Program-made: the position numbers and the translations under genes
Assembly (NCBI GenBank): GCA_946965045.2
Contig: OX337238.1
Location: forward strand, 2,728,001-2,792,000
Source: Epithemia pelagica
Taxonomy: Eukaryota; Protista; Bacillariophyta
Reading direction: 5' to 3'
DNA: 64,000 bases
Shown: piece by piece, positions 20,329 to 31,096 of the stretch
How the letters are laid out: every line of letters starts with the position of its first letter
Numbering within the stretch: position 1 is the stretch's first letter
The notes under the pieces: model-generated
Database searches by the model: none
Told to the model about the DNA's origin: nothing
The model's input: only the letters and a program-made list of their open reading frames with translations

Positions 20329-21175
20329 ACAGTGTCAATTGAGAAATATAAATACCAGTAGTAAAACGCATTCATGAGAATGAGTACTAGGGTTCAAAGT
20401 GCTTGCTGTTCTTCCCCCTGAAAACAAGTGCGTTTACAAACATGATGGAGAGAATGTACATCACGTTGTGAAACACAAACGAACGACAGCGAACATAGTT
20501 AGAACTCACCTCAAGTAATCACTTCGTGTTGTTGGTGCGATCTTGTGGCACAAGGAAGGATCTGTTTAAAGCACAAGCGCAAGAAAAACCAGGTGGACCT
20601 ACTGCATTGCAGAAGCAACAGTTTGGTAAGGTTCACGGAAAAAATGCAGTGCGTCCCCTCGACCGGGTTCCATATCACGATCTTCCTCAAGCCCGAGTGC
20701 GACTGACGATTCCCATAAAAACTCGAAAAATGTATGCCAATCCGTGCGACTGATCATGGAGAAACCGTGCGACTGATCAGTCGTTCACGCGGGACTCAAA
20801 CCGAAGCTTTTCAAACGGCATGGTGAATGGTGAGTTGAAAAATCGAGACCAAACGACAAAAAGAAGACTCTTGTGGTGTCAACCACAAGTTCACTTCTCA
20901 TCCTGTCGTCAATATTCGAGAAACACGAATTTCCAGAACGGATTTTGCTTCGACGAGACGACACCGTGGAACTCTATCCGCATCGGGTTGTCAAGCAAAG
21001 CCATGTAGACTTGTCCGCAAAGGACTAGGCGTTCTGCTTCCCAATTCGGCATTATCATCCGCTTCCTCTTTTCTTTCCCCCGTGTTCTCATTTCTGCAAA
21101 GAACGAGTCCAGATAACAACAACAACAACTTCTGTTCACTACTTCGCAACCGCAACAAGTCTCCACAACGCAATC

Positions 21176-24100
21176 ATGTCAATGATGATACGAGGAGCCA
21201 GCCACATGGGTCTCCGCAGTGTTCTACCTGTGGCTACTAGTAGTCGAAATTTGGTCCAAATGGCACTCCACGCTCAACTGCTACCATCCACGACGGTCCT
21301 ATTATCGCATATGACTCCTCCTTGCTGGTTACAAAACCCAACTGTCAAGAAGCGACATGCAATGATCTTTTCGACCATGTCAGATGCCTCGCCTCCTGCA
21401 CCACCCCATCCAGTGCGAGTCTGGAACGACCGTCTTCTTGTCGACCATCCAAAAAGCAGCCACTCCGCATGGAGTAGCGCCGAATCACTGATCGACAACA
21501 ACAAATCCAGCGCCCTCTTTTCAGCAGCACGACCGACGGACAGTGTGGAAGAGCTCATGGCACGTGCCTGTGTCGCTCGAGAGGAATTTGCCAAACTTTC
21601 TCAAACCGATGTGGATCGAATCTTTTTGGCCGTCGCCCATGCGGCCGACAAACAGCGAGTGCCACTGGCACAAATTGCCGTAGGTACGTACGAGACAAAT
21701 TGTCGAGACGAAAAGTGTGTGTTTTTCTGACATCGCAAGGTGTCACCTCTCATAGTTGTTTTTTGTATTTTTATGTTTGTACATTAATGAAATGACAACG
21801 ATGACGACAACAACAACGACCACCGTCAACAGACGAAACCAACATGGGTTTGGTGGAAGATAAGGTTTTAAAGAATGGTCTGTCCACTGAAATGATTCGT
21901 CATCGATACAAGGATTTGAAAACATGTGGCAAGATTTGGCAGGACGAGGTGCATGGAATTACCAAATATGCAACACCGGTGGGAATTGTCGCATGCATTT
22001 TACCCACCACCAATCCAACGTCGACAGCCATTGCCAAGGCCTTGTTTTTAGCCAAAACGCGCAACGTTGGCGTCGTTTTGCCCCATCCTCGAGCCGTACA
22101 AAGCACGGCAGCGGCCGTGCAAGTATGTCACAATGCCGGTGTAAAAGCCGGTGCACCACCCAATTGGCTCCAATGCGTCGTTGGCGCTCCCACATTTACG
22201 TCAGCTGCCACCAATGAGAACAACAACAAGAACGACCATCCATTCATGTCGCAATTTGAACTTTCAGATGCTGTCATGAAACATGAAAAGACCAATCTCA
22301 TCTTGGCCACTGGGGGAGAAGGAATGATCAAAGGTACGAGACTACACATAAACTGATCACCAGCAGCTACGAGAATGGCAATCACGTGTTTAGGCTCCGT
22401 TCAATGTCCCAAGCTGTTCTCATTTTTTCTGTGGTTGCTTCTCTGTTGCTCAGCATCTTACAGCACTGGTCATCCAGCAATTGGTGGAGGCGCCGGAAAT
22501 GCTCGTTCGTGTAACTAGAATCTGCGTCCATTCTCTTCTTCAATGGAAAGAGAGTGTTATTCTAATGTTTCCTTGTTGCTTTGTCTTATTTGCTCATGCT
22601 TGGGACAGCAATTTTGGTCGACGAAACGGCCGATTTGAAACAGGCTGTGGGGTCCATTGTTTTGGGAAAGTCTTTTGACAAAGGCATGATCTGTGCAGCA
22701 GAACAGTGTGTCGTTTGTGTAAATGAAGTTTACGACGAATTCAAATCGTTGCTCGAAAAACGGGGATGTACCTTTTTGTACGGTGAAGACAAGAAGAAAC
22801 TAGAAGACTACATGATACGAGACGGTAAGGTCAACATCAACTTGGCTGGTAAATCGGCCATGGTTATTGCCAAAGCCATTGGCGTTACGGTGCCACCTCA
22901 TACCTTGGTGTTGGCGGCGGAAGAATCAAGGATTGGTGACCATGCTCCGTTGAGTCACGAAAAGCTTTCTCCCATCCTGGCTGTGTATCGGGCCAACGAC
23001 TTTGACAATGGGGTTGATATTGCCGAACAATTGGCACGGTACGGTGGCTTGGGTCATACGGCAGGCATTTATTCGACGAATCCATCACATGTGAAACACT
23101 ATGGTAGTCAAATGCCCGTGGGACGCATCTTGGCCAACATGCCCACCTCCTTGAGTGCAATTGGTACCGAATTCAACCATTTTGTGGATCCCTCGTTTAC
23201 GCTCGGTGTCGGAACCACTGCTGGGTCTAGTGTGAGTGAGAATGTTGGACCCATGCATTTGTTGAACATAAAGTTTGTCGCCACGAGGCAAAAACACATG
23301 GAAAAGGTGAGTGTTTGATTTTGAGAGTCTTGAGTTGACCGATATGTTGACTGCCTCGTAACTCATACATAGTTCTTCTTCTTTTCATTGACAGTTCAAG
23401 AACCCACCCGACATTTACTATAATCGAGGGTGTTTGGAGGAAGCATTGGCCGATTGCGCGCGCCCCATGAAATCCGGAGATCGTATGAGTCGATGCATGA
23501 TTGTGACGGACAAAGTAATGGACTCGCTGGGGTATGTGGACCGCGTCAAGAGAGGCCTTGTCCAACACGGTTTTACTGTATCCGTCTTTGACGACGTGAA
23601 CCCGGATCCAGACATGGATACCATCCGGAATGGAGTGCAAGCATGTCAGCAATTCTAACCTGATATGATGGTATGTCTTGGTGGCGGGTCTCCAATGGAT
23701 GCGGGCAAGTTTATTCGTGCATTGTACGAACATCCTGAATTGTCACTGGAAGATGCAGCGGCCCGATTCCTGGAATTGCGACAGCGCACATGTCCTTTCC
23801 CGGTCCTGGGATCCAAAATCAAAAAGGTGGTGTGTATACCCACTACGAGTGGAACAGCTTCGGAAGTGACGCCCTTTTCTGTCATCACTGACGACAATGG
23901 AATGAAACTTCCACTGTTCTCGTACCGTTTGACTCCCGACATTGCCATTATTGATTCCAGTTTTTGCGAAAAGTTACCACCAAACCTGATTGCCTACGCC
24001 GGAATCGATGCCACTACGCATGCTACCGAAACACTTGTATCGGTGGCGGCCAATGATTTTACGCAGGGTCATGGACTCCGCGCACTTCAGCTCTTGACTG

Positions 24101-24696
24101 ATAATTTGGTCGATTCCTTTGTTTCGGGCAACCCCGACGCTCGCGATGCTGTTCATCACGGTGCTACCTTGGCTGGTTTGGCCTTTCGTAACAGCTTTTT
24201 GGGCATTGCGCACAGCTTGGCACACAAAATGGGAGCTGTGTTTCATCTTCCACATGGATTATCATGTGGTATTGTGTTGCCTCACGTCATTCGATTCAAC
24301 AGTTCGTTGACACCCACCCGCATGGGAGTCTATCCAGGTTATGATTATCCCAAAGCCCTGGAACAGTATGCGACCATTGCTCGCCACTTGGGACTACTCC
24401 AGGAGGACGGCAAACCGCATACCAATACGGAACTCATGGAAGCGTACATTGCCAAATTATATGACATGTACGATGCAATGAGTGTTCCCAAAACCTTTTT
24501 GGAAGCTGGATGTTCGGAAGAAGTGTTCTTGGATCAACTTGATGATATTGCACTGCAAGCATTTGATGATCAATGTACACCAGCGAATCCGAGATTCCCA
24601 CTCATTTCTGAGCTAAAAGACATTCTGAAACAAGCATTTTACGGAATAGACTCAATCCCTACGGAGTGTCATGAAAACGATATGTCTCAACAATAA
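21176..24696 (+). pseudogene. adhE: Bifunctional acetaldehyde-CoA/alcohol dehydrogenase AdhE; exons 21176-21683, 21833-22333, 22454-22504, 22609-23306, 23395-24696; one in-frame TAA at 23656-23658
   Basis: Four GT-AG introns splice to give IAVDETNMGLVEDKVLKN, ILATGGEGMIKASYSTGHPAIGGGAGNAPILVDETAD, SFDKGMICAAEQ, HEKLSPILA, FKNPPDIYYNRG, GGGSPMDAGK, IPTTSGTASEVTPF and HSLAHK. Summed exon length is 3060 nt, a multiple of 3. The paralog at 51524 has AAA where this copy has TAA. Confidence 0.93.
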
Positions 24697-24708
24697 GAAT
24701 AATTTTGT

Positions 24709-25070
24709 GAGCAAGAACTTGGACTAAAAGTTTAGGATACAGCAAAGTGCATCGGTTCGATAGTCATAGGAGGAACAAGCCATGACGACGTTGTAGTCGC
24801 TCCAACTCCTGGGCAAGTTCTTGACGTTGCTCCTGGAGCGCTGGAAGTCATGTACGATGCAATGAGTGTTCCCAAAACCGTTTTTGAAGCTGGATGTTCG
24901 GAAGAAGTGTTCTTGGATCAACTTGATGACATTTTGTATGCAAGAACTTGGACTAAAAGTTTAGGATACAGCAAAGTGCATCGGTTTGATAGTCATAGGA
25001 GGAACAAGCCATGACGACGTTGTAGTCGCTCCAACTCCTGAGCAAGTTCTTGACGTTGGTCCTGGAGAGC
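24709..25070. repeat. Local chimeric duplication: the Y-gene 3' end is present twice (24709-24842 and ~24940-25070), separated by a second copy of adhE 24467-24547
   Basis: GCAAGAACTTGGACTAAAAGTTTAGGATACAGC... occurs twice. CATGTACGATGCAATGAGTGTTCCCAAAACC...GGATCAACTTGATGA occurs at 24466 and ~24849. Confidence 0.85.
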
Positions 25071-25358
25071 CGGAAGATTCTGAAGTCTGTCTCGGAGGAC
25101 AATTCGTTGTTCACGGAGTTGCTTCTTGGTTTTACGCATCGATTCCTTATCCTGCTTGGATCCAATACCAGAGTTGAGAAGAAAGTTAAGGTTATTGATT
25201 TCCTCTTGGACCATTTTAAGCTTCTTGGACGTCTTGTGCAACGCTGTAATTTGATTCTCCAAGACTTCCATCTGTTCTTGAATATCTTGGACGATTCCGA
25301 GAGTGACGTCTTCATCAAGGAGAAGAGTAGCGCTGTTGTTGGAGCGAGTAGAGAGCAT
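24993..25358 (-). CDS. Small coiled-coil protein Y1 (121 aa, MLSTRSNN...)
   Basis: Heptad-rich E/Q/K/L/R sequence. An intact second copy lies at 52410-52775 with mixed silent and replacement differences. Confidence 0.7.
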   Translation of the reverse strand: MLSTRSNNSATLLLDEDVTLGIVQDIQEQMEVLENQITALHKTSKKLKMVQEEINNLNFLLNSGIGSKQDKESMRKTKKQLREQRIVLRDRLQNLPALQDQRQELAQELERLQRRHGLFLL

Positions 25359-25635
25359 GTTTATCGGGTTTGTTGGTTGAAGCTGGATGCTGTAGAAAGG
25401 TTTGGGTTTCTTGTTTTGTGAGAACAGATTCAAACCGGAATGATGCGAATCGTGGTTCCGAATGCGAATCACGACTGGAACTGGTGGTGGGGCTGTTTGT
25501 GACTGGTCCCAGTAGATTTCGTCTGTCCGGTAGCCGTCCGAGATTTGGTCTTCCGCGACCACAAGATCGCGAGCCCCGTTCGTACGTTGCGTCTAGGGAT
25601 AAAAGATCAGTCTCCTAGCTAGAGTAGTTCCTAGC

Positions 25636-28398
25636 TTAGTGGAGAAGAGAAGGTTCCGAGCCTTGGTATTCCCAAACTCCTTGCGACTGTATGTGCAACA
25701 AGTGTTGTTGCAAATGGTCCTGGTGATGGGCCTTATTATGGTTCCACAACACAGGGATGGAGGAATGCATCGGTGCTACTACAACCATCCGACCACGATC
25801 CCTGTGCTGCCCAGCCAACCTGTTGTTGTCACGACGACAGTTTCTCCAGGACCAAACGCTGGTCCTTGAAACCGTCCCAACAACAACAACAACAACAACA
25901 AGACAAAGTAACATGACCAGCACAGCTGATTTCCATTGCGAATTTCTCTCCAGACTGGCGTCGTCGTTGAGAATGGACCGACGGACTGCATCACGATGAT
26001 GACGACGACAAGAATCCAGCCATGCTCGGCCTGTTCTTTGGTAGAGAATCCTCCACATGGTCCAAACTTCATACGACAGGCACTGGCAAATTGTCACATA
26101 AAATCCATGCCTCAATTCGAGTTTGATCCAGAGACGAATCGTGACATGGCAATAGTCGTACCATGCCAACTCCTTCATGCCAATTGGTGCTTCTGGAAAA
26201 TGACACTTTACTTTCTCCTCGTCCTCGTTGCGGATGCAATTTTGGGAGAGACAGTGGTTCAACACGCAGTGCATGTCGTTGGTGTTTTGACAGAGTTGAT
26301 TGACACGACGTGTCTGTTCCAAAATCTCCTGGTGAAACCGCGATTCCAAAGAATGAGCCTCCGAAACGTCGTCATGGAGGTCATTCTTGGCTTGTATTCG
26401 TGAAACTGTCGATCCAGCACCGCTCTTCATGGTTGGAACGGGGGGTTCCTTCCAGAATGACAGTAACGTCCCATTTGCTCTTTGGTACTCCACGACCTTT
26501 GCCACATCTTGTTCCAGATCCACGTCCCAGGAGGAAGAGTGTGTCCTGTCCCCGGTATCCGACGACGACAAGTCGAGAGACGGAGGAGACTCCAAGACCA
26601 TGCATTCTTCTTCTTCATCCGAATCGAAGACAATGCATTCTTCTTCTTCATCCGAATCAAAAACAATGCACTCTTCCTCATCACTAGTATCTTTTGCGTT
26701 CTGTTTGTTCCTGTTTGGGTGACAAGGTGACGCTGCTGCCAAAGAAGAATGCGGATTCCAGACATTTGTCATCAACAATAAGGGCGTTCCCACAGGATCA
26801 TCCTCATCGTGAGCATCAGTAGCAGCATGCTTTCCAAGATGACGACAAGTATGGTGGTCCCCAAACGGAGGATTCGACTCTCCTAGCATCCGGCGTGACA
26901 GGGACGAACCGGTAGTATTCGAATCGTCGTCCTTGAGGATCCGGGTCGGAGACAACACTGGCACGGACGTTTGTGCGGCATGTCTCGTGCAATCGTCACC
27001 ACTAGTGTCGCTACTATCGCTGCAAGTCCACCGAATGGATTGAGGGGCCGCCAACAAGGACGAGGAGGAGGATGAGGATGAAGACGATGATGAATACGAA
27101 TCCAATCGTTGGTGGTTTCGGGTGACGGACGACACGACGGTTGTACCGGTAGCACTGTTGGGGACGATCGTGGGTGTCACGTATTTGTCGTGGTCGCCGT
27201 TGTTGTTGTTGCTGTTGTTGTTGTTGTTGGTGGTGGTGGTGGCGGTGTGTGGAGGGTAGTCGTCTTGCAGTTGTGGTTGTAGAATGTTAGATTCCCCATC
27301 GTGGCCACCTGTATTCGGCGCATGGTCCGAATGTTGGTCGTTGTCCTCTCGAACCAAATCCATCACCTCGGGTGGTGGTAATACGTTATTGTTGTCGACT
27401 CTTGTTGCGGGTGACACGATCACCTTCCGTAGTAATTTGTCCTGGTTGATGGAGAAGAAAGGACATGCCGGGGCATTGCAATCAGTGGTTTCGAGCCCTC
27501 CGCTCATCAAGTCCAAGGCTCGTGTTTGGTCTTGTTTCGTACATCGACACAACCGATCGACCTGGATTTGTTGTTGACGTGCCGTCATGCTTCTTTTTGT
27601 GGTTGTGGTTGGTGTCGTGAGCCCATTTTTGCTTCTTGTAGGAGTTCTTGGTTTTGTGATGGTTGTTGGAGTTTTGATAATGGGAGCATCTCCTCCTGCC
27701 TCTTGGACGATGGCCAATGATAGAGATCCTGGAGGATCCAGGCATGGTGGTACGAACGACTTGTTGTGGTGATTGTTGGTGGATTCCGTACCAGAAGAAG
27801 AACAAGAAGTATCTGCGAACCACGAAGAACAAACAGAGGAAGAAGAGCCACAAAAAGAATCCTCCTCCTCATACTGCTCCACCCATAATGTTGGTGTTCT
27901 TGTTGCGTCCTTGTTCGGATCTGTATCCTCTGGCTGCTCTTGTTGTGGTGGTGATTGTTCTTGTTCTTGTTGTGGACTGGAAGAGGAGGAGGAGGAGGAG
28001 GAGGACAAACGCCATCCATGACACACATTGCAACAAACACCACAAGCGTTCTTACTCAAAGAGCCGTGTGGAAGGAAAGCTTGCCGACGACGTCGTCGTC
28101 TTTTGTGTTTGTTGTTCGGAGTACTATTGCTGCTCCTCCAAATCAATTGCACCCGTCGTCGACGAGGACGTCGAATGGCAGATGATTGGTAACGACCACC
28201 ACGACAACAACTCCGACAACACTGATCCTCATCCGGTGGTTGCCATTGGTTGTTTCGTGATAATGTTTGTTGTTGTTGTTGTTGTTGGAGCATGACGACA
28301 CTTTGGGTCCAGGCCTGCCACAAGTTGTAAAAGGCGACATGCTCATCCGGATTGGGCTCCACCACTGCCACGGCAGAACCCTGCGAGGAGGATGTCAT
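25636..28398 (-). CDS. Low-complexity protein X1 (~920 aa), alpha type, intact; C-terminal TM segment
   Basis: Single 2.8-kb ORF. Blocks conserved across copies: AFYNLWQAWTQSV, DRLCR.TKQ.Q..AL, SI.WTC, MTNVWNPH, tandem EEECIVFDSD and LAWYDYC..TIRLWIK. The TM segment is SAVLVMLLCLVVVVVVVG. Confidence 0.8.
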   Translation of the reverse strand: MTSSSQGSAVAVVEPNPDEHVAFYNLWQAWTQSVVMLQQQQQQQTLSRNNQWQPPDEDQCCRSCCRGGRYQSSAIRRPRRRRVQLIWRSSNSTPNNKHKRRRRRRQAFLPHGSLSKNACGVCCNVCHGWRLSSSSSSSSSSPQQEQEQSPPQQEQPEDTDPNKDATRTPTLWVEQYEEEDSFCGSSSSVCSSWFADTSCSSSGTESTNNHHNKSFVPPCLDPPGSLSLAIVQEAGGDAPIIKTPTTITKPRTPTRSKNGLTTPTTTTKRSMTARQQQIQVDRLCRCTKQDQTRALDLMSGGLETTDCNAPACPFFSINQDKLLRKVIVSPATRVDNNNVLPPPEVMDLVREDNDQHSDHAPNTGGHDGESNILQPQLQDDYPPHTATTTTNNNNNSNNNNGDHDKYVTPTIVPNSATGTTVVSSVTRNHQRLDSYSSSSSSSSSSSSLLAAPQSIRWTCSDSSDTSGDDCTRHAAQTSVPVLSPTRILKDDDSNTTGSSLSRRMLGESNPPFGDHHTCRHLGKHAATDAHDEDDPVGTPLLLMTNVWNPHSSLAAASPCHPNRNKQNAKDTSDEEECIVFDSDEEEECIVFDSDEEEECMVLESPPSLDLSSSDTGDRTHSSSWDVDLEQDVAKVVEYQRANGTLLSFWKEPPVPTMKSGAGSTVSRIQAKNDLHDDVSEAHSLESRFHQEILEQTRRVNQLCQNTNDMHCVLNHCLSQNCIRNEDEEKVKCHFPEAPIGMKELAWYDYCHVTIRLWIKLELRHGFYVTICQCLSYEVWTMWRILYQRTGRAWLDSCRRHHRDAVRRSILNDDASLERNSQWKSAVLVMLLCLVVVVVVVGTVSRTSVWSWRNCRRDNNRLAGQHRDRGRMVVVAPMHSSIPVLWNHNKAHHQDHLQQHLLHIQSQGVWEYQGSEPSLLH

Positions 28399-29008
28399 GG
28401 TAGATTCAACACACACCCAAACAGAAATGAGGATGCGTCTTGGAAGTTGGAAGGAACCCTTGCCTTTGTACAGTCGGAATCACAGTCATACACTCCCTCT
28501 TATACAGTTTCTCGTCTGTGGATCGGTCCATCTCCAGCATCTCATCCTCTCATCATCGGTTGGCATCCGAGTCCCGAGTCCCAGAAGTACTTTCGCGACG
28601 ATACTCTTACCTTTCTATCCATCCGATCCCGTCTCAGACGCCCGCGACTCCATACACCCAAAAAAGAATCCCCATCGCGCGCGCATCTGATCGAGATCCT
28701 GGTCGTCTTTGGTTGGCAGAATCACCATGACGACCTACAACGACAATGACAAAACAACGGCCAAACAACGGCCAACACACATTGGCACACGTTTCCAGTG
28801 TGTTGGTTGTGTCAAGAATGATGATGATAATAATAATATAATAAAAATGATCGAGTGACGGTGTGATTCTTCCAGACACACTCAATCGGTGCATCCTTCA
28901 CAGTGTCCCTTACTAGGTAGAACGAGCGAAGATGAGGCTCATGACATTGATATCGAGACCAAACGACAGAAAGAAGAAGACTCTTGATGCCAACCACAAG
29001 TCCAGTCG

Positions 29009-29449
29009 TTGAAGCGTTTAATGCTTCATTGTGATGGTCTTTATCATCATACCGAAAGAGAACAAAAAAGTCTCTCACTTTTTCTCCGAAAAGTTTCTCA
29101 CTTTTTCTCCGACAACGCAATGTTAACCTGCATAATGCAAGCCCGTGTGGAAGAAGAAGAGAACAACAGAGGACCCAGCAATTGGCCTGAGATAAATCAT
29201 TGGTGGAAACGCACGAGATGCTTTGTTGTGATGGTCTTCAAGATTGGAGAAAGAGTCCTGGTCCCTTTACTATGGGTATTTGCCCTGTGGTATTTGCACC
29301 GGATGCATTTATTATTGTTCTTATTGCTTCCCCACGTACGGTGGATGATTTTCCTATCGTGGGTGCCAATTTCAATTGATCTCGATAGAATGGCTTCTAG
29401 CATCGTTGCATCTTCTTCGCGTTTGCCAGTGTGGGACAACCATGTGTGA
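29009..29449 (+). CDS. Possible small hydrophobic ORF Z in the X-K spacer (homologues at ~35940-36276, 40504-41058 and 56301-56711)
   Basis: HWWKRTR...VFK.G...LHL.LFL.LP...WMIFLSWVPIS.DLDR is in the same frame in several diverged spacers. It could also be GT-rich non-coding DNA. Confidence 0.3.
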   Translation: MKRLMLHCDGLYHHTEREQKSLSLFLRKVSHFFSDNAMLTCIMQARVEEEENNRGPSNWPEINHWWKRTRCFVVMVFKIGERVLVPLLWVFALWYLHRMHLLLFLLLPHVRWMIFLSWVPISIDLDRMASSIVASSSRLPVWDNHV

Positions 29450-29926
29450 TCAATGATTGGATTGGAACCAATGAATTTGGTCCGCTTCGTTTTGCATGGA
29501 CGATGAACTAGCGCTTGACTGCGATCCTGATGTATTGTGCAAAACAGCCAGAAGGAATTTGAAAAGGGCCTCAAGACTGCAACGGACAAGTACTGCCATA
29601 TACAGTGGCAAAGGGGTTCCAAGAAAGTGGAATCTCTGGATTTGTGCGGGGGTGGCTTTGTGGTGGATGGTTTTAGACCCGTTTATCTGTCCAAGATCAT
29701 CCATCAAAGAAGGATGGTTTTGAACCCGTTCATCTGTCCAATGCCATCCCTCCGATGAAGGATACCATGATTGAAATCGCCATCGTTGAGGTGCGTCCGT
29801 CGCAGCTGCCGTCTTTCGTTCCGGTTTTGGTGTAAAAGGTCCAGATCTCGTTCGGAGTTCATTTTCGTATTTTTTGAGGAGCAAGAAGGTCCATTCCTTG
29901 CTGTTGTCATGAAATCTCAAAGTATC

Positions 29927-31096
29927 ATGACGCCAACACTGAAACAGCAAGCAAAACAATCCGGGCTTTGCTTTCTGGACATCGACAATTATAGTGAGGC
30001 GCCGCAATGGAATACCAATGACTGGCCTCCCGTTTTAGGTGGTGGGCGTTGGTCGCATGCATCGGTTGTGCTCAACCATCCCGAACAGGATAACAATGCA
30101 CACACGGTTGTTGTTTTGGGAGGGCACAAACAAGATCAAGGCTACACCAACTCAGTGTTGTTGTTGAGTTTGTCAGATGAAAACACGCGATGGCAGGAAG
30201 GACCGCCGTTGAACAACAAACGAGCCGATCATTCTGCGGTGGTTTGTCGCGGAGGAGTTTACGTGATAGGAGGACAAAATGGAAGTTCACTCTTTTATAG
30301 TATCGAACGGATTGATGTTCAAAAGTTGTGTTCAGGGGCAGCGGTACGCACCACGAGCAACCAATGGACAACCTTGAATTGTCGATTGTCCACGGCAAGA
30401 GATGGATGTTCCGCTGTTGCCGTGCACAATCGCTATATTGTTGTGATTGGTGGATACAACGGAAACTATTTGTCGACGGTTGATATAATCGATACAGTTG
30501 TGCCAAGCAACCACACTGTGATTGTGGGACCACCCATGGCAGTTCCTCGGTGTTGTTGTGCTAGTGCTGTCATTGGTCATCGCATTTTTGCTGTTGGAGG
30601 CCACAATGGAACAGATATCAAGCCGGTTGAGTATTTGGAAATGGATGATCCTTCCGGCAATGAGACAATGAACACAGCAAGTGCAGTGTTTCCATCCTCG
30701 TGCCGTTGGACAGTTCATGGCAAACTCAATCTTTCCATGCGACGGAATCATCATGCAGTTGTAGCTGTTGGATCATGTCTGATTGTGATGGGAGGTTCCT
30801 TAGCAGCGGACACTGTTGAAGTGTTGGATACTCGCCGCAACACTGTATGGACCTTTCCCCAATTATCAGGGCCGCGTTGTATCTCCAGGAGTGCTGTGGT
30901 TCACTCGAGGGGAATTGCTGTGATTAGTGGACATGACAATACTTCTTGTGCGACACTGTCATTGGTTGACATGAATACGTGGTGTTTTCGTCGACTAACG
31001 GAGCAGGTGCCAAGTATAATCTTTGGGACAAGAACAAACTCACTTCGATCTGCTCCTGAACCTGCCACAGTATTGAAGTTCTCCTTAGCGTTCTAA
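29927..31096 (+). CDS. Kelch-repeat protein K3, 389 aa (basic tail lost by a terminal frameshift)
   Basis: Six blades intact. The stop TAA lies within TTCTAAGAAGAAG, where other copies read ...KKK. Confidence 0.9.
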   Translation: MTPTLKQQAKQSGLCFLDIDNYSEAPQWNTNDWPPVLGGGRWSHASVVLNHPEQDNNAHTVVVLGGHKQDQGYTNSVLLLSLSDENTRWQEGPPLNNKRADHSAVVCRGGVYVIGGQNGSSLFYSIERIDVQKLCSGAAVRTTSNQWTTLNCRLSTARDGCSAVAVHNRYIVVIGGYNGNYLSTVDIIDTVVPSNHTVIVGPPMAVPRCCCASAVIGHRIFAVGGHNGTDIKPVEYLEMDDPSGNETMNTASAVFPSSCRWTVHGKLNLSMRRNHHAVVAVGSCLIVMGGSLAADTVEVLDTRRNTVWTFPQLSGPRCISRSAVVHSRGIAVISGHDNTSCATLSLVDMNTWCFRRLTEQVPSIIFGTRTNSLRSAPEPATVLKFSLAF

